Of a DNA stretch of 64,000 nt, positions 38,849 through 51,794 are shown piece by piece; positions within the stretch are counted from its first letter, which is position 1, and each line of letters begins with the position of its first letter. The position numbers and the translations under genes are program-made. Origin of the DNA: Takakia lepidozioides (taxonomy: Eukaryota; Plantae; Bryophyta). The notes under the pieces are model-generated. The model did not search any database. It was not told where the DNA came from and saw only the letters and a list, made by a program, of their open reading frames with translations. Location of the stretch: contig CM060734.1 of NCBI GenBank assembly GCA_030704615.1, positions 45,198,001-45,262,000 of the forward strand, written 5' to 3'.

Positions 38849-39960
38849 ACATGGAGGAAGCTTGTGCAAAGGGTGGACCAGATTGGAAGGACTATGTGCA
38901 CGTCACCCGCAAAGGAACACATCGAATTTTTCGGTATTCTCCATATGAATATGATGAGAAAATAGTAGAAGCATTTGTAGACCTTCGAGTACACAAGGCC
39001 AAAAGACCAACATGGCAAAAAAATCAGCTTAAGTGCCTACTCTAGGTTTTGATGTAATCAAAGGTAAATTGACTCTGCACCGCCATATTGTTGATAGTGG
39101 GTGTAAATGAGCCATCCCACCAAATTTGAAGCCTTGGCCCAAAAATGACTCCTCCAAGTACGGCTAGGAGCTATCTGAAAAGCTTAGGGGTCTGAATTTT
39201 GTGCCTCGTTCTGTGGAGGAAGTGCAATAGCGGTACTTCCGTGCTGTTGGTATACATGATGCACTGGGGCCGCCGAAGAAAAGGAGACTACTTAAGCGAT
39301 TTGGGCAAAGAAAATGTCTGATCGTGGGTCTTCGTATGAATGTCATCGTCATTAGAGATAGCTTTGTCACTTGCAAAGACTAGGACCTGACAATTCTTGT
39401 CATGTTGTGACGGAATGAGAATGGTCGGCTACGTTCGCCCATGTATGATTATTGAACTTTCTGGTAGACCTATTTCAGTACCATCTTGCCCTAATGCTCT
39501 TCTCGTATTCATGTTGTTTGGCCGAATAGCTTAGTTTTCTTTTCTTCGGCGGCCCTAGTGCATCATGTATACCAGCAGCACGGAAATACATCTGTCGTAT
39601 TTCCTCCGCACAAAATTCAGACCCCTAAGCCTTTCATATAACTCCTGAGCGTACTTGGAGGAGTAATTCTTAGGCCAAGGCTTCAAATTTGATGGGATAG
39701 CTCATTTACACTTGCTATCAACAATATGGCGGTTCAGAGTCATTTTACTTGATTACATCAAAACAAAATGTGCACTTTAAGCCGATTTTTTTGCCATGTT
39801 GATCCTTCAGCCTTGTGTACTCGAAGGTCTATAAATGCTTCTACTACTTTCACATCATATTCATGTGAAGAATACCAAAAAAATCGATATGTTCCTTTAC
39901 GGGTGATGTGCATATAGTCCTTCCAATCTGGTCCATCTTTTGCACAAGCTTCCTCCATGT
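38849..39960. repeat. Large inverted repeat: ~450-bp arms, ~200-bp spacer, decayed coding sequence
   Basis: 38849-~39315 is the reverse complement of ~39510-39960. The arms encode MEEACAKGGPDWKDYVHVTRKG.. and MEEACAKDGPDWKDYMHITRKG.. Confidence 0.92.
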
Positions 39961-40159
39961 TAGAACCTGGAATGGAAATGAAAACAAAAATTTCACATGA
40001 TACTCGGTCTATTGAATAGACTCCACAAGGTCTATGCAACTAGGTCTATACTATTGGTAAGTCTACACAACACGGTCCACTCATTGGGGTCTACATATCG
40101 TGGTATGCATAAGGCTTGAGGACGATCTGAAGAGTAGGGTTTAGGCTGGTTATAAGGTA

Positions 40160-40515
40160 CATTGGAACAGAGATGTAAGGGGTGTGAAGAAGTGTAGATT
40201 AGATAAATTAGATAGATAAGATAAAAAATAAGATTATATAAAGATAGAATGGGATGAAGATAGCAAGATTAGATAAATTGGAACACATATGTAAGGGTGT
40301 GAATAAGATTAGAATAAGATCAGAGAGATTAAGTTAGAAGAGATTAGATAAATTAGATAGATAGATCAGATAACTCAAGAGAAGAATAAGATTAGATAAA
40401 AATATAATTGGATTAAGATATAATAAGATTAGATAAATTGGAACGGGGCTGTAAGGGTATGAAGGGTGTAAACAAGTTTAAAAAAAATTAGATATATTAG
40501 ATTAGATTAGATAAA
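40160..40515. repeat. (AGATA/AGATT)n low-complexity tract with three TTGGAAC...TGTAAGGG units
   Basis: Visible directly. Confidence 0.8.
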
Positions 40516-43410
40516 ATGTTGCCTCTGCTCCCGCTCATCTGACTCGAGAATCTCATGGAGCTCTGAGCTCCCCTTGTGTTGGCAAATCTCCGGTGGAGGG
40601 TGATGATTCTGAGGTTAATTGGCATCACCGCAAGCTCAGCCTTCCCAGATCCAAGGCTCACCTGGACTGTGGACATGCTTCTTAAGTTGGCTCTTTTGAT
40701 CAGCTTCACTGTTCTATCCTCAGAGGCTTTTAAGCTTTTGGTAGGTAGAACAGGCTATCTTCAACCTTGAGTTGAGGCCTTTCTTCCTTTTTATCTCTCT
40801 TCTTGTTTTCATGTTAACTAGTTGCTATCAGTATGCTTTACTCTTCTCTCTTCAGGCTTCAACTTCCAGCTCTTATTGTCCTCAGTGCCAGGAGGCAGTC
40901 CTTTGCTTTGGGGTCTGCCGACAGAAATTTGATCGCAAATGCGCCATATAGATTGTTTGGCTAGTGGCACGAATGCTTTGTATGTGTTGGATGTTTGACA
41001 ACAATTTTATATATCCTCACTATGCTGGTTGAATGGCAGGGGATTCCGGTTGATTTTGTGGGGTGGGCTGCATCGTACGTGGGATGTGGGTTGTTATCAT
41101 TCAGAGTTGTGGGTAGCAATGACCTTTTTGCTTTTAGGTTTTGTCAGTCATGCTTCTGGAAAGGTCGGCAAGATGTAGTAGAGATAGGCTAATTGGGGGG
41201 AGTGGGGTGGGTTTCTTGGAATGCTTGTCTTCAAAATGGGCATATCACGAAAGGGCGATGCGTTACTGTCAATTTGCTCGCACATGCATAACCTGCGGCC
41301 TTCAACCCTAAGTGCCCAAGCGGCCCATTCTGGGTCGGTTGGGTTTGCTTAACTAGCCATAACTTCATGTGGTTAAGGCTGATTGGGCATTTTTGGGGCT
41401 CAATCGAGAGAAAATCGGGTCCCCCTTCATATGGCATTGGCCAATTGGTCAATGCCTGAAGGGGTATGGGTCTGGACCAATTGGAAGGGGGCACACTCAG
41501 CTTTTTGAGGCCAATTTGGCCCTCCTAACCTGCCTAAGTTGCTGACATGGCAACTGCGGTCAGGTTAGGGTGACTGAAAGATACCCCATAAAAGTTAGGG
41601 TGGCACGCTTCCCCAAACCCCTTGATTGCCCGGCAGGGGCATGGCGTCTGGCGCAGGTCTGGGCATTCTCGGGCCTGGGCCCTAGCCTGAATCAACGGCG
41701 ATGGCAGCTCCGGCCAACGCCATGCAGGGCGGGCTGGAGGGAGTGCAGCCACGATGGCGGGGCTCGAGAAAAAACGCCACGAGGGGTGGGCCAAACCTAG
41801 GGGGGGGGTTGAGAGGGTTGAGAGTGGAGTGGCCCCCCATGAAAGCAGGGCCGGGTACCCAGAGGAGCTCCCAAACCCCGTGCCCTTCTTGGCTATGGCT
41901 CCAAATATCCTAAGCCTGCAGGCTATAACATAGGTGTGCCATTTGAAGTCTTGGGCAGGGAACCTAAAGATGTGAGGGCAATTACCGATTAGTCCCAAAC
42001 CTGTTTTGGGATCTCATATGGATTTTCGTGACACTTCAACCGGAGGGGTTAGGAATTGAACGGCTGAATTTGTTTGTATAATTTTAGGAAGAGATATTTT
42101 GACCCCCCCATTCGTCACTACAAAAGGAGCCAACTTGAGAACATTTCAGAAAAAACTGAAAAATTATGAGGATGTGTGTTATCAGGTGTGGTACAACATT
42201 CTTGAGACTCTCAAAAAAAGAGAAATTAAAACTGCCCAAATACGAGCAAAAAACTGATTTTTTTGGCACCTATTTCTTAGTGAAGAGTTTTTTTTGTCCC
42301 CACTCTACACTTCATAATCTTCTGATCTGGCAGTTGGAATTTGATGAAACTTTTTGTGGCAGGAGGTGGGGTAGGTGGGAAGTAATTCCAACGGTCCGTT
42401 TTACAGGGACATAGAGATTTCCCAAATAAAAATGTTTTTGTGGGCCAGGGTCATGTTTTTCCACGAGAGGGTGAAAATGAGTCTGGGCACTTAACGGTTA
42501 ATGGGGAGAAATTTTCTGGAAAAGACTGATGCATCACTTCGTGATACGGTTCTAATGTAATAATAATTGGGCAATATATAGTCGATTTGCTCTATTGTTC
42601 CTCCAGATCAGAGGGGCCACCCAATTAATATAAATAAACGGCGGTAACGTAATACGAAATGTTGCCGGCACTAGAAAAGACATGCCGTTACTGGATATCT
42701 AATGATATCTATCCAAATACCTATCCCCGTTCTCTCTTCTTCGGAGTTTAGCTTCGCCACTTGGTAACTTTGGGAGGACCAAAAATAGAAAGACTAAGTG
42801 AAAAAAAAAGTGAAGGGGATAGAGGGGGGAAGAGCTCCGCTCGTATGGTGAAGCCTTACTAAGGGCGTAGCCGGAGGGCTGAAAAAGAAAGATTTGGGCG
42901 GGTTCAATCCCCGCTTAGTTCTGGGCCTATTTTCATGAATTGGAGTGAGAGAGAGAGAGAGACACATAGGCAGTTCACAGTTGGGAGTCGGGTCAGAATA
43001 GAACAAACCCTACATGCTGTGGGTGGCTTTGGGGCAGCCCAATCGACGGACTCCCCGTAGAAACATAAGGAATAGATGATGTGGCCCCGACAACAGCTCC
43101 CGGAAATGTCTGCTGGTACAAGTAATTTGGAGGCAGATGGGCTCCAAAACACTTGGACCCACTCGGGCCTCGAAAGGATCATGTAGCATCCTTTGGCAAT
43201 TTGGCATGAAATGTTTTGTATGCTTGCACACCTTCCAATAAGATATGACTGTAGGTGCGGAGGACCCAACAAAATTCAACCCCATACTGCAATTTGTTGG
43301 TCAAACCGGACATTGCAAGTTTTTCAAATCGCCCACCCAAAAAAAACCCCACCAAAACATTATAATCTTTGAAAATTTGATGGTAAATCTTCTTTACTTG
43401 TTACATGGAT

Positions 43411-43755
43411 GTGTGTTGGTAGGTAGTGCGGTTATTTAAATTCTCTCTAATATTCGGCGGTTACCTATCCGGTTATACATAAATATGACCGGCGGAGGTG
43501 AAAAATGAAGTAACCGGTCCAGTTAGGAACCGGCGAATGTCAGGCTAGCAAAGAACCTTTTAAATAACCGCCCAATACCAGTGGTTATTTGATGAACACC
43601 CCCTGTTATTTGAGGTTTTTGCAAGTAACCGTAACCACAGGTTATATCTAGCCATAAAAATTATAATAACTGCAACCGCAGGTTAATGGTTTCCTAAAAT
43701 TTGAAGCAACCCGAACCGCCGGTTATGAAAAAATCAAATAACCGCCCAACGCTTG
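43411..43755. mobile_element. Probable hAT-type MITE with CGGTTAT/ATAACCG subterminal repeats
   Basis: GTGTTGG..GCGGTTATT at the left end vs AATAACCGCCCAACGC at the right; many internal ACCG/CGGT motifs. No TSD confirmed. Confidence 0.5.
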
Positions 43756-44114
43756 TAGCAACACATTTGTAAGGGTTCACATTTCTGGATGTAATATGGT
43801 AGTGGGTAGCTTAGTTTTACTGTCCAGGGGTAAGAAATTAAAGGGCGAAGTAACTCTATCTGTAGGAAGTTAAGCCTGGTTAAAGTTTGTAAGTAAAGTG
43901 AAAATAAAGTAAAGTTCGTTTAACCTCCAGAAAAGAAAGAAAAGAAAAGAAAAGAAAGTTCAGAAACAGATTACAAGTCCTCTTGTAAACACGTGTGCCC
44001 TAATTCAGCTCTTGCTTTCTTGTGTCGGCTTGCGTCTTGCCAAGGATTGCACGGCACAGCTTTGGCCTGACTAGAGTCGGAGGGAGCAACCCCACTTTTC
44101 AATTCCATCCTGCT

Positions 44115-44942
44115 ATGGCGGTAAGTGTTGTGACGTCATTTTGTTGCTGTTTAGGAAACAGTGAAAGAGTCTTATATGTTAAGTGTTAAGGAAATCTCAC
44201 TGTGGTTTTGGCGTGCAGACGGTGCCTGTCAACCCGAAGCCTTTCTTGAATGATTTGACCGGGAAGCCTGTCATTGTGAAGCTCAAGTGGGGAATGGAGT
44301 ACAAAGGTTTGATTTTCTCTCAAACTTTTACTCGATATTGTAGAATATTTGAAGGAGTTTCCAAAACCCCATTACTTTCCTAAACCCTAATGCTGGTTGG
44401 GGTGGGGTTGTTGCAAATACAGGATATCTTGTGTCAGTGGACTCATACATGAATCTGCAGGTAAGTGCGAATTCCCTTTCCTTATTTCCTTTCTTGGAGT
44501 TACTGCCCAGTATATTACTTGGTTGTAGTGTAAAATCAGATTTCCTGTTTTCAGTCTGGAAAAGATTTGAGTGGACCCTCGTTCTGATGAAATGCCACAA
44601 TGGTGTACCATGGCAGTTAGCAAGCACGGAGGAGTTTGTGGATGGATCATTCACCGGGAATCTGGGGGAGGTTCTTATAAGGTAAGCGGATGCCTTTCTT
44701 ACCTGAGGTAGCATGCAAAGCTACCGTGTTGGCAAGCTCTAGGGTGCAGACTGCTACTGATTTTGGAAGGTATGAACCCAAAGTATTTCACAAAGTCTGC
44801 ATGATGCAGCAGTTGCATGAGATTTCCTTAGAAGTGAGGCCCTGGAAGTGACCTTGTTGTCTGTTGATGGTGCAGATGTAATAATGTGCTGTACCTGCGT
44901 GGTGTCCCTGAAGATGAAGATGCTGTGGAGGAGGAAGAATAA
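44115..44942 (+). CDS. SmF: Small nuclear ribonucleoprotein F, 87 aa, 5 exons
   Basis: Exons 44115-44120, 44219-44306, 44423-44460, 44617-44681, 44876-44942 (264 nt): [87 protein letters not shown]. Confidence 0.97.
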
Positions 44943-45209
44943 GGTCCTCCTTCCTCCCTCTTCTGGGAGGATACTTTTTGGCTCTTTTAAGCAGCATCAA
45001 TTTATTACTTGATCTAGTTTTCTGAACTGTTTTTTCACACACCAGACCACAGTAGCTCCGTTTGATGAAGGAATCTGATGATAAAGCATCAATATCTTCA
45101 AATGAGATAGGAATTCCTAGATCTTGGATGTCTAAAACTGTATACCCACACAACACTTTTTAAATTGCCTGGTCATCTCCTTTCAATCAGAAAGAGCATG
45201 GAGAAGAAA

Positions 45210-46394
45210 GAATGTCCTTGTAAGACTTTGTTTATCGTAGCCTTGTCCCCATGCCCAGTTTGAGCAGAACATCCCATGATGTAAACTAGTGGTTGGGGCC
45301 TGATTTCCTCTGGAAAGCCCTTCACACAAGCATCAATTTGATGTGTGTGATCTGCCCAGCAGCTGTAGGCTCAGCCTCGAAATTTTTGAAAGTTGGTGAA
45401 CAGAGGTGCATGGACTACATTCTTGATGCATCTGAAGAGGGTCCGAACTTTCTGATGAGAATACCCCAGACATTGCATCAAAAGTGGATATTGTTTTCAG
45501 GCTGCCCACACATCCGGCATTGACAACCTCCATTACCTCTCTGCATCTGTTATTGTTCAAAGGTAGACTCCTCACCATGAGTCTAAAACTCAGTCTACTG
45601 CCGAGGGAAGGTAGGTATGGAAAAGAGAGAATGTCGTCATAAGATGTTTTCCCGCTGCCCATGGGAAAGAGAATGTACTCATATGATGTTGGCCATAGCC
45701 TTGTGGCCGTAAACCCTGTGCCCAGTTCGGGCGAAACAAAAGGGAACAGAAACTACCTTCTGTGAGGGGCTCACTACGGTAGTGTGACTTTGATAAAGAC
45801 AATTAGTTCAGGTTTTCCAGATATCCTTTAGAAAGCCCTTCACACAGGCATCACCTTGATGTGTGTGAGCTGCCCAGCGAGAGGGCCAGGGCTGTAGGCT
45901 GAGCCTCCAGATTTTGAAATCTGGATCATCCTGAAGAGGGTCACTCTCTGGTGAGAATATCCCGGACAATGTATCAGAAAATGGATAGTCTTCAGGGCGA
46001 CCGCACATCCGGTTATTACAATCTCCTCTTCATCTTGGTATCTGTTTATTGTTCAAAGGTAGGCTTCCCTCCATGAGTTTAAATTTCTCTAGTGCCGAGG
46101 GTAGGTAGGCCTCCAAATCATCCTTAAGGTCCTCGCCGGTGTCACAGACTGGAAACAAGCTCAGGCAAGTTTTGTGCCTAACTTCATTGTCATCGGACAG
46201 TCTTTGGGCATCAGACATGGCTTTGGACACAACCCCCTCCAGTTCAGCTTCATCAAGGAGGCTCAATTCTTACTGTAATTTATATACTTGAAAATGTCTT
46301 CTACCCTTTTGCACCAAACCCATCCGCAAACATAGGAGCTGGCCTACAGAAAAGAATGTACTCATAAGACGTTGTTTGCCACAGCCTTGTGGCC
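45210..46394 (-). mobile_element. Stack of 5'-truncated LINE family B copies, all in one orientation
   Basis: Family 3' ends at ~45212, ~45631, ~45673 and ~46356; decayed LKFKL..GSLPLN..CG.PE..HF remnants at 45300-45610 and 45790-46320. Confidence 0.85.
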
Positions 46395-46408
46395 CCCTAC
46401 AGAAAAGA

Positions 46409-47920
46409 TTGTACTCATAAGACGTCGTTTGCTGTAGCCTTGTGGCCATTGACCCTGCGCCCAGTTTGAGCGGAAACAAAAGGGACAGAACCTACCTCTG
46501 TCAGGGGCTGACGTTGGTAGTAAGACTTACCTTCATATATAGAATTAATCCGGGTTTTCCAGATATCCTCTAGAAATCCCTTCACACAAGCATCAATCTG
46601 TTGTGTGTGATTTGCCCAAAAACTAGGCCTCAGAAGGGCTTTTGGCTCAGCCTCGAGACTTTCAAAGTTGGTAAACAGAGGTACAGGCACAATTCCCTTG
46701 ATAGATTTGAAGAGAGCGTCTCTTTGGTGAGAGAACCCCGGCCAGTGTATCAGAAAATGAATACTGTTTTCAGGTTGCCCACGCAACGGGCAATTGCGCT
46801 CTCCCTTTCCTCTCTGCTTCTGTTTGCTGTTCAAAGGTAGGCTTCCTGCCCTGAGTTTAAATTTCAGTCTAGTGCCAAGAGTGGGTAGACCCTTGAGGTC
46901 ATGCAAGATGTCCTCCCCCATGTCACTGACTGGAAACAAGTTCAGGGAAGTTTTCTGCCTAACTTCATTTTCATCAGACAATCTCATGGCAACAGACATG
47001 GCTTTGGACACGACAGCCTCTAAGTCAGATTTATCTAGCAGGGTCAAGACTTGCGGTTCCAGGTCCAGGTCCAGGTCCTTGAGAATCTCTTCTACTCTCT
47101 TCTGCCAGGACTTAGCCAGTTTGACAGGGTGGTCCTGCTTCCAAGATACAGAGTCGATTAACTTAGGATATCTGGTGTTGGACATATGTTGCAACTGACC
47201 CCACCATCTGACCTTGAATTCATCTCGTCGGGAGCTTAAGGACGGAATGCCAAACTCACCCCGAACAGCCACATTGGCTGTTTTGGAGCATGCTGACATA
47301 CACTCCTTAAGCACCCCCACTTGAATGGATTCTAGAGACTTAGCCTGGTTGGAGTTATCAACCCATATTGCAGATCCGTACTCCAAGGCAGGTCTAATAA
47401 CGCGACAAAGCATGGTTTTCTTAACCTCAGAGTTGACCCCTCTGCAGTGGAAAAATTTAGTGAGCCCCAGAGCTTTGCCCTTGCCAGTTTGAACAACTTT
47501 CCGGATATGTGCATCCCAATTACAATTTGAGGAAAACTCAACGCCCAGGTAAGTGTAGGAAGGGAAGACCGGGATCTCTTGGCTACCCCACTGCCACTTA
47601 AGATCACTTCCTCCCTCTCCTCTGTCGTTGAATGCTACCACTGCACATTTGCTGACATTAGCCTATAGCCCCCAAAGATCAAAGTATCTCTTCGCGCAAT
47701 CAATCAACTCCTGGAGATTGGTTGGAGTCTCCCCTATGCCTGCGAAGTCATCTGCAAACATAAGGGCTGGTATGGTGGTATCACCCACCCTTAACCCAAA
47801 TCCCTCACTTTCCACATCCTCGAGTAGTTGATTGATGAAAACATCGAAGAGCAGAGGGGAGAGAGTACATCCTTGAGCTACACCTTGGTCTATGTCAAAG
47901 AAGTTGGACTTCTGTCTGTT
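46409..47920 (-). mobile_element. 3' half of a full-length RTE-like LINE (family B): RT C-half and 3' end
   Basis: NRQKSNFFDIDQGVAQGCTLSPLLFDVFIN...MFADD...YTYLG...LEYGSAIW...; one in-frame stop; TSD copy at 46395-46408. Confidence 0.93.
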
Positions 47921-48399
47921 AAAGTTGATTGTTCAGCTTCTCCTGTGGTAATTTGGGCAATTGGCCTGGCGTCCTTGATGTTTGACTAGTTGGTGACTGA
48001 ACTTGGGGTTCCGTTGAGTTGTCATGTTGATGACAAGTTTACTTATTGGAATAGGAGGTTTCTCTAAAAGGCAGTGAGTTTCAAACTGTAGTTTTGCAAC
48101 TTGAACGAGGGAACTGCGCTGACAGGATATGGACTAAATACTCAAAGAAGCTTCAATTGAGCAGCACCTATGGCTTGAATTGAAATGAAGTTTGTTAGTG
48201 AGCTCATTATGAATGGTATTGGATGTTTGCTGCAATGCACATCAAAACTACAGCTGAACCTGGAACTAACTGTTGTGAGGGGAAGCATCAGGACCACTCC
48301 GTGGTATGCAGAACAAGTGCACTAAATGTAACTGCATACATCGAAGTATTCCAACAGAGATGCAGTGAAGGAGACCAAGCCATCCATACAGTAAACAAC

Positions 48400-51300
48400 T
48401 GATCCGTATATACGATAAGATAGCCCTGGACCCTAGGCCTGAATCTAGGACAGATTGAAAGATTCCTGAAAAATCCCAGGCCCGGGTCCAAGTCTCACTT
48501 GCAGGTTCCCTTACGTTCCCATAGGATACCCAGGCCTGTGGGTTTTTGAGGAATAAAACCTTGAGACATTGCATGTCTGGGCTATGGAATCTTTCAATGT
48601 ATGGCTCTTTTTCCATTCGTGGGTCTGAATTCTCCTGCTCGTGCTCACATGGAAGTCTTCTTGCCCTCTCTCACTCTCTCTCTCTCTTTTCTGTAGGGTT
48701 TTCCTCAAGGTTTACACAAGACGAGCAAATTCTATACACGGGGTAATTGTCCCCAAGCTGTCAGATGGACAATCTATCCCTAAGTGTGCAGAGCCTGAAC
48801 GTCCTGTAACTGAAGGTTTTGGTACTCTGAATGGTTTACCAATCCTCAAAGTCTACACAAGACGAGCAAAATCTATACACGGGTTAATTGTCCCCAAGCA
48901 GTCAGACGGACAATCTGTCCCTAAGTGTGCGGAGCCTATACGTCGTGTAACTGAAGGATTTGGTACCCTGAATGGTTTACCAATTCTCAAAGTTTACACA
49001 AGACGAGCAAAATCTACACACGGGGTAACTGTCCCCCCTTTGCAGAACGGTTGGCCATCCAGGAGCAATCACAAGCTACCTAGACGACAAACAATTCATA
49101 TGCAAAGGGCTGGCTTGTGGCTAGGCACTTTCAATTTCTCAGGGTTGACTAATCAAAGGAAACAACTCGAAGTGGCATAAGTTCTTCAGGCCAATAACAT
49201 TCAGATTTGTGCTGGTCAGGAGACATGGGAAACACAGGATATTGGTTGGAGATATGAATGGGTATAAGTGGACGGGTAAGATGTGTACTCTCAAGGCCGC
49301 CTCTGCCAAACGCGGCCAAAAAGGGGTTGGATTCTTTGTCTGCGATTTCTTGTTTGATAATTGTGAAATTATCAACAAGGGTTTGAGGTATGAGCATACT
49401 ATCTGGCTAAAACTGAATCTGAAGGGCGTGAATACGAAGGACCTCTTTGTGGGTTGTGTATACATGCCCACAGAGGGGACCCTTAGTGTTGACGCAGACA
49501 AAGCCTTCGAAGATGTAAAGCTGGACTGTGCTTCATTCCTTGCCAAAGGTCAGGTGGTTCTATTGGGTGACTTCAATGCCCGGGTGGGCAAAGGTCTCCA
49601 TCAGGACAATATCATTGGGCCTTTTGGTGAGGACAAGCTGAATTCTAATGGCAGACGGTTAATTAACTGTCTGGAAGAGCTTCAGCTTTTGACCTTGAAT
49701 AACAGGACAAGAGGTGACCAAGTGCAGTGGACTCGTGAGAAATCCCAAACTGGGGAATGTTGCATTGTGGACTATATCATAATGGACAAAAATTTGTTTC
49801 CCCAGTGTGCCAATGTGTTGATCGACAGAACTGATATTGGTACCTCCGACCACTTCCTGGTTTGGACTGAGATCAAAAGGTGTTTTCCCAACACCAAGAG
49901 ATCTGTGAAACGTTCGATTCGGAAGTGGCGCATAGAAAAGTTCCATAATGAGGAGGTCAAGGCTGAGTATGTCCAGGCCTTGCAAGAGGCTCTCCCTCAT
50001 TTTGTCCAATCGCTCCAAGAACTTCAGTCTCGCTCTGACAACGCAAGAAATGAAGTCGAAAGAGCAGTGGACTCTTGGGAGAGTTTCGTTTCCTCTGTGG
50101 CTGACAAGATCTTTGGGAGGAAACTAATTGTCTGCAGTAGAGCTGTTAATTGGTGGACCAATGAGATTAAACTCAAGATAGCTGAGAGATGAGCCCTCTA
50201 TAAAGAGTGCTGCAATTTGAAAACCAACAGAGAATTGTGGGCGAGGTACTACCAGCTCCGTAAAGATATCAATCAGCTTGTTAGGTCTCAGAAGAAATTA
50301 TACTGGGACAAGTTATACAGTGAAATAAACTCAAACCACCATGGTGGTAATGACAAGAAATTCTGGTTGGCCCTTCAACGTTTGTACAAGCCGAAAAATG
50401 GTCAGCAAGTACAAGCGCTGAAGACTACTAAAGGTGCAGTGGTGACTTCATCGGTTGACATTGTCAAAACCTTTGAAACTCACTACAGTATCCTTGGCAG
50501 AACTTCTAGGTCTAACAGTGAGGGGTCTTCTGCTGAATGGAGGGACACAGTTGGAAAAACTGTTCCTATGATGCAAAACAGCCCTGATGAACTGGAGTAT
50601 ATTTCAATGGCTTATAAGGCTCCCATTAGTTCTTCTGAGATTTGTGGAAGCAATTGAACATTTAAACGGATATAAAGCTGGTGGACCTGATGGTATAGTC
50701 AACAAGCTTATCAAGCACGGTGGCGATCCCATGATAGAGGCCCTAGTTCTCCTCTTTAACCTAACCCTTTTGCCGGCGACAGGGGGTCATTGTCAATCTA
50801 TACAAGAAGGGTGACAGAGAAGAACCGGGGAACTACCGTGGCGTCACGCTCCTCAATGCTGTTGGCAAGACATTCTGCAGAGTTAGAAGTTACTCGTCTC
50901 GAGGTTGATCTGGAGTCTAGAGGTTGTTTCCACGAAGGCCAAGCTGGCTTTCGGCGAAACAGGGGCTGTGTGGATCATATCTTCACTCTAAGCCAGATTA
51001 TCCAGGGAAGGAAAAAAGAAGGGAAACCCACTTATGTTTTTTTCCTGGATGTCAAAAAGGCTTATGACACAGCGTGGAGAGATGGCCTATGGTTCCGCCT
51101 CTGGTCTTGTGGGATCAAGGGAAAGATGTAGAGAGTTGTCCACAACTTGTATGCTCACACCAAAAGCTGTGTCACTGTCAACCCAATCAACCCTTAAAGA
51201 TGGAGATGATGGTGAGATACCGCAGCACAAATTTCGCAGCACAATACTTGAAACCGTTCTAAGTCTGCTAACTCCAAATTTTTGTTGTAATTGCTGCAGT

Positions 51301-51794
51301 TCTTCCCTTCCAACTTCCACAGATAGCAAAAATGGAACAATAGTAACTCCACAAATCCGAAGTCAAGTCCAAAAAACAAGTATTTAATGAAGAGGGGAGA
51401 AAACAGCCTATCACTATCACCCTCTGCCTGTTTGTTTCAAATCGGGGTCGACGAATCGGCACCTTGCTCCATCTCCACAAGCAGCCGGAGAGCCTCATGC
51501 CTTAAATCCGAATCATCGATCAAATCCAATTGATCCGTATATACGATAAGATGGCCCTGGACCCTAGGCTATAGAATCATTTTTAGGAATCTGTCCTCGG
51601 GCATGGGATATTTCAGGAATCTTTCTAGCCTGGTCCAAGTCTCACTTACAGGCCACAAAATGTTCCCTTACGTTCCCATAGGACCCAGGCCTGTGGGTTT
51701 TTGAGAAATAAAACCCCGACACATTGCATGTCCCGGGCTATGGAATATTGTCCCGGGCTTTGGAATCTTTCAATGTATGGCTCTTTTTCCATTC
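48400..51794. mobile_element. Probable MULE-like element broken by the inversion; long terminal repeats at 48400-48618 and 51531-51794
   Basis: ~220-260 bp repeats ending GGAATCTTTCAATGTATGGCTCTTTTTCCATTC. They are direct now but inverted once 47921-51183 is flipped back. The flanking 9-mers CAGACCCAC / CCTACCGAC match 6/9. Confidence 0.65.
48699..51182 (+). mobile_element. 5' half of the same LINE (family B): 141-bp repeats, APE endonuclease, RT N-half
   Basis: GTFNFSGL, QETW, GDFNAR, VDYI, SDHF (APE); GPDGI, NYRGVTL, QAGFRRNR, FLDVKKAYDT (RT); several stops and frameshifts; TSD TCTTTTCTGTAGGG at 48685-48698. Confidence 0.93.

Noticed and set aside
46409-51182. Twin-priming 5' inversion, or two independent LINEs
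   Set aside because: Flanking non-LINE DNA and the 5' TSD are inverted with the 5' half; the shared TSD and seamless codon join indicate one element.
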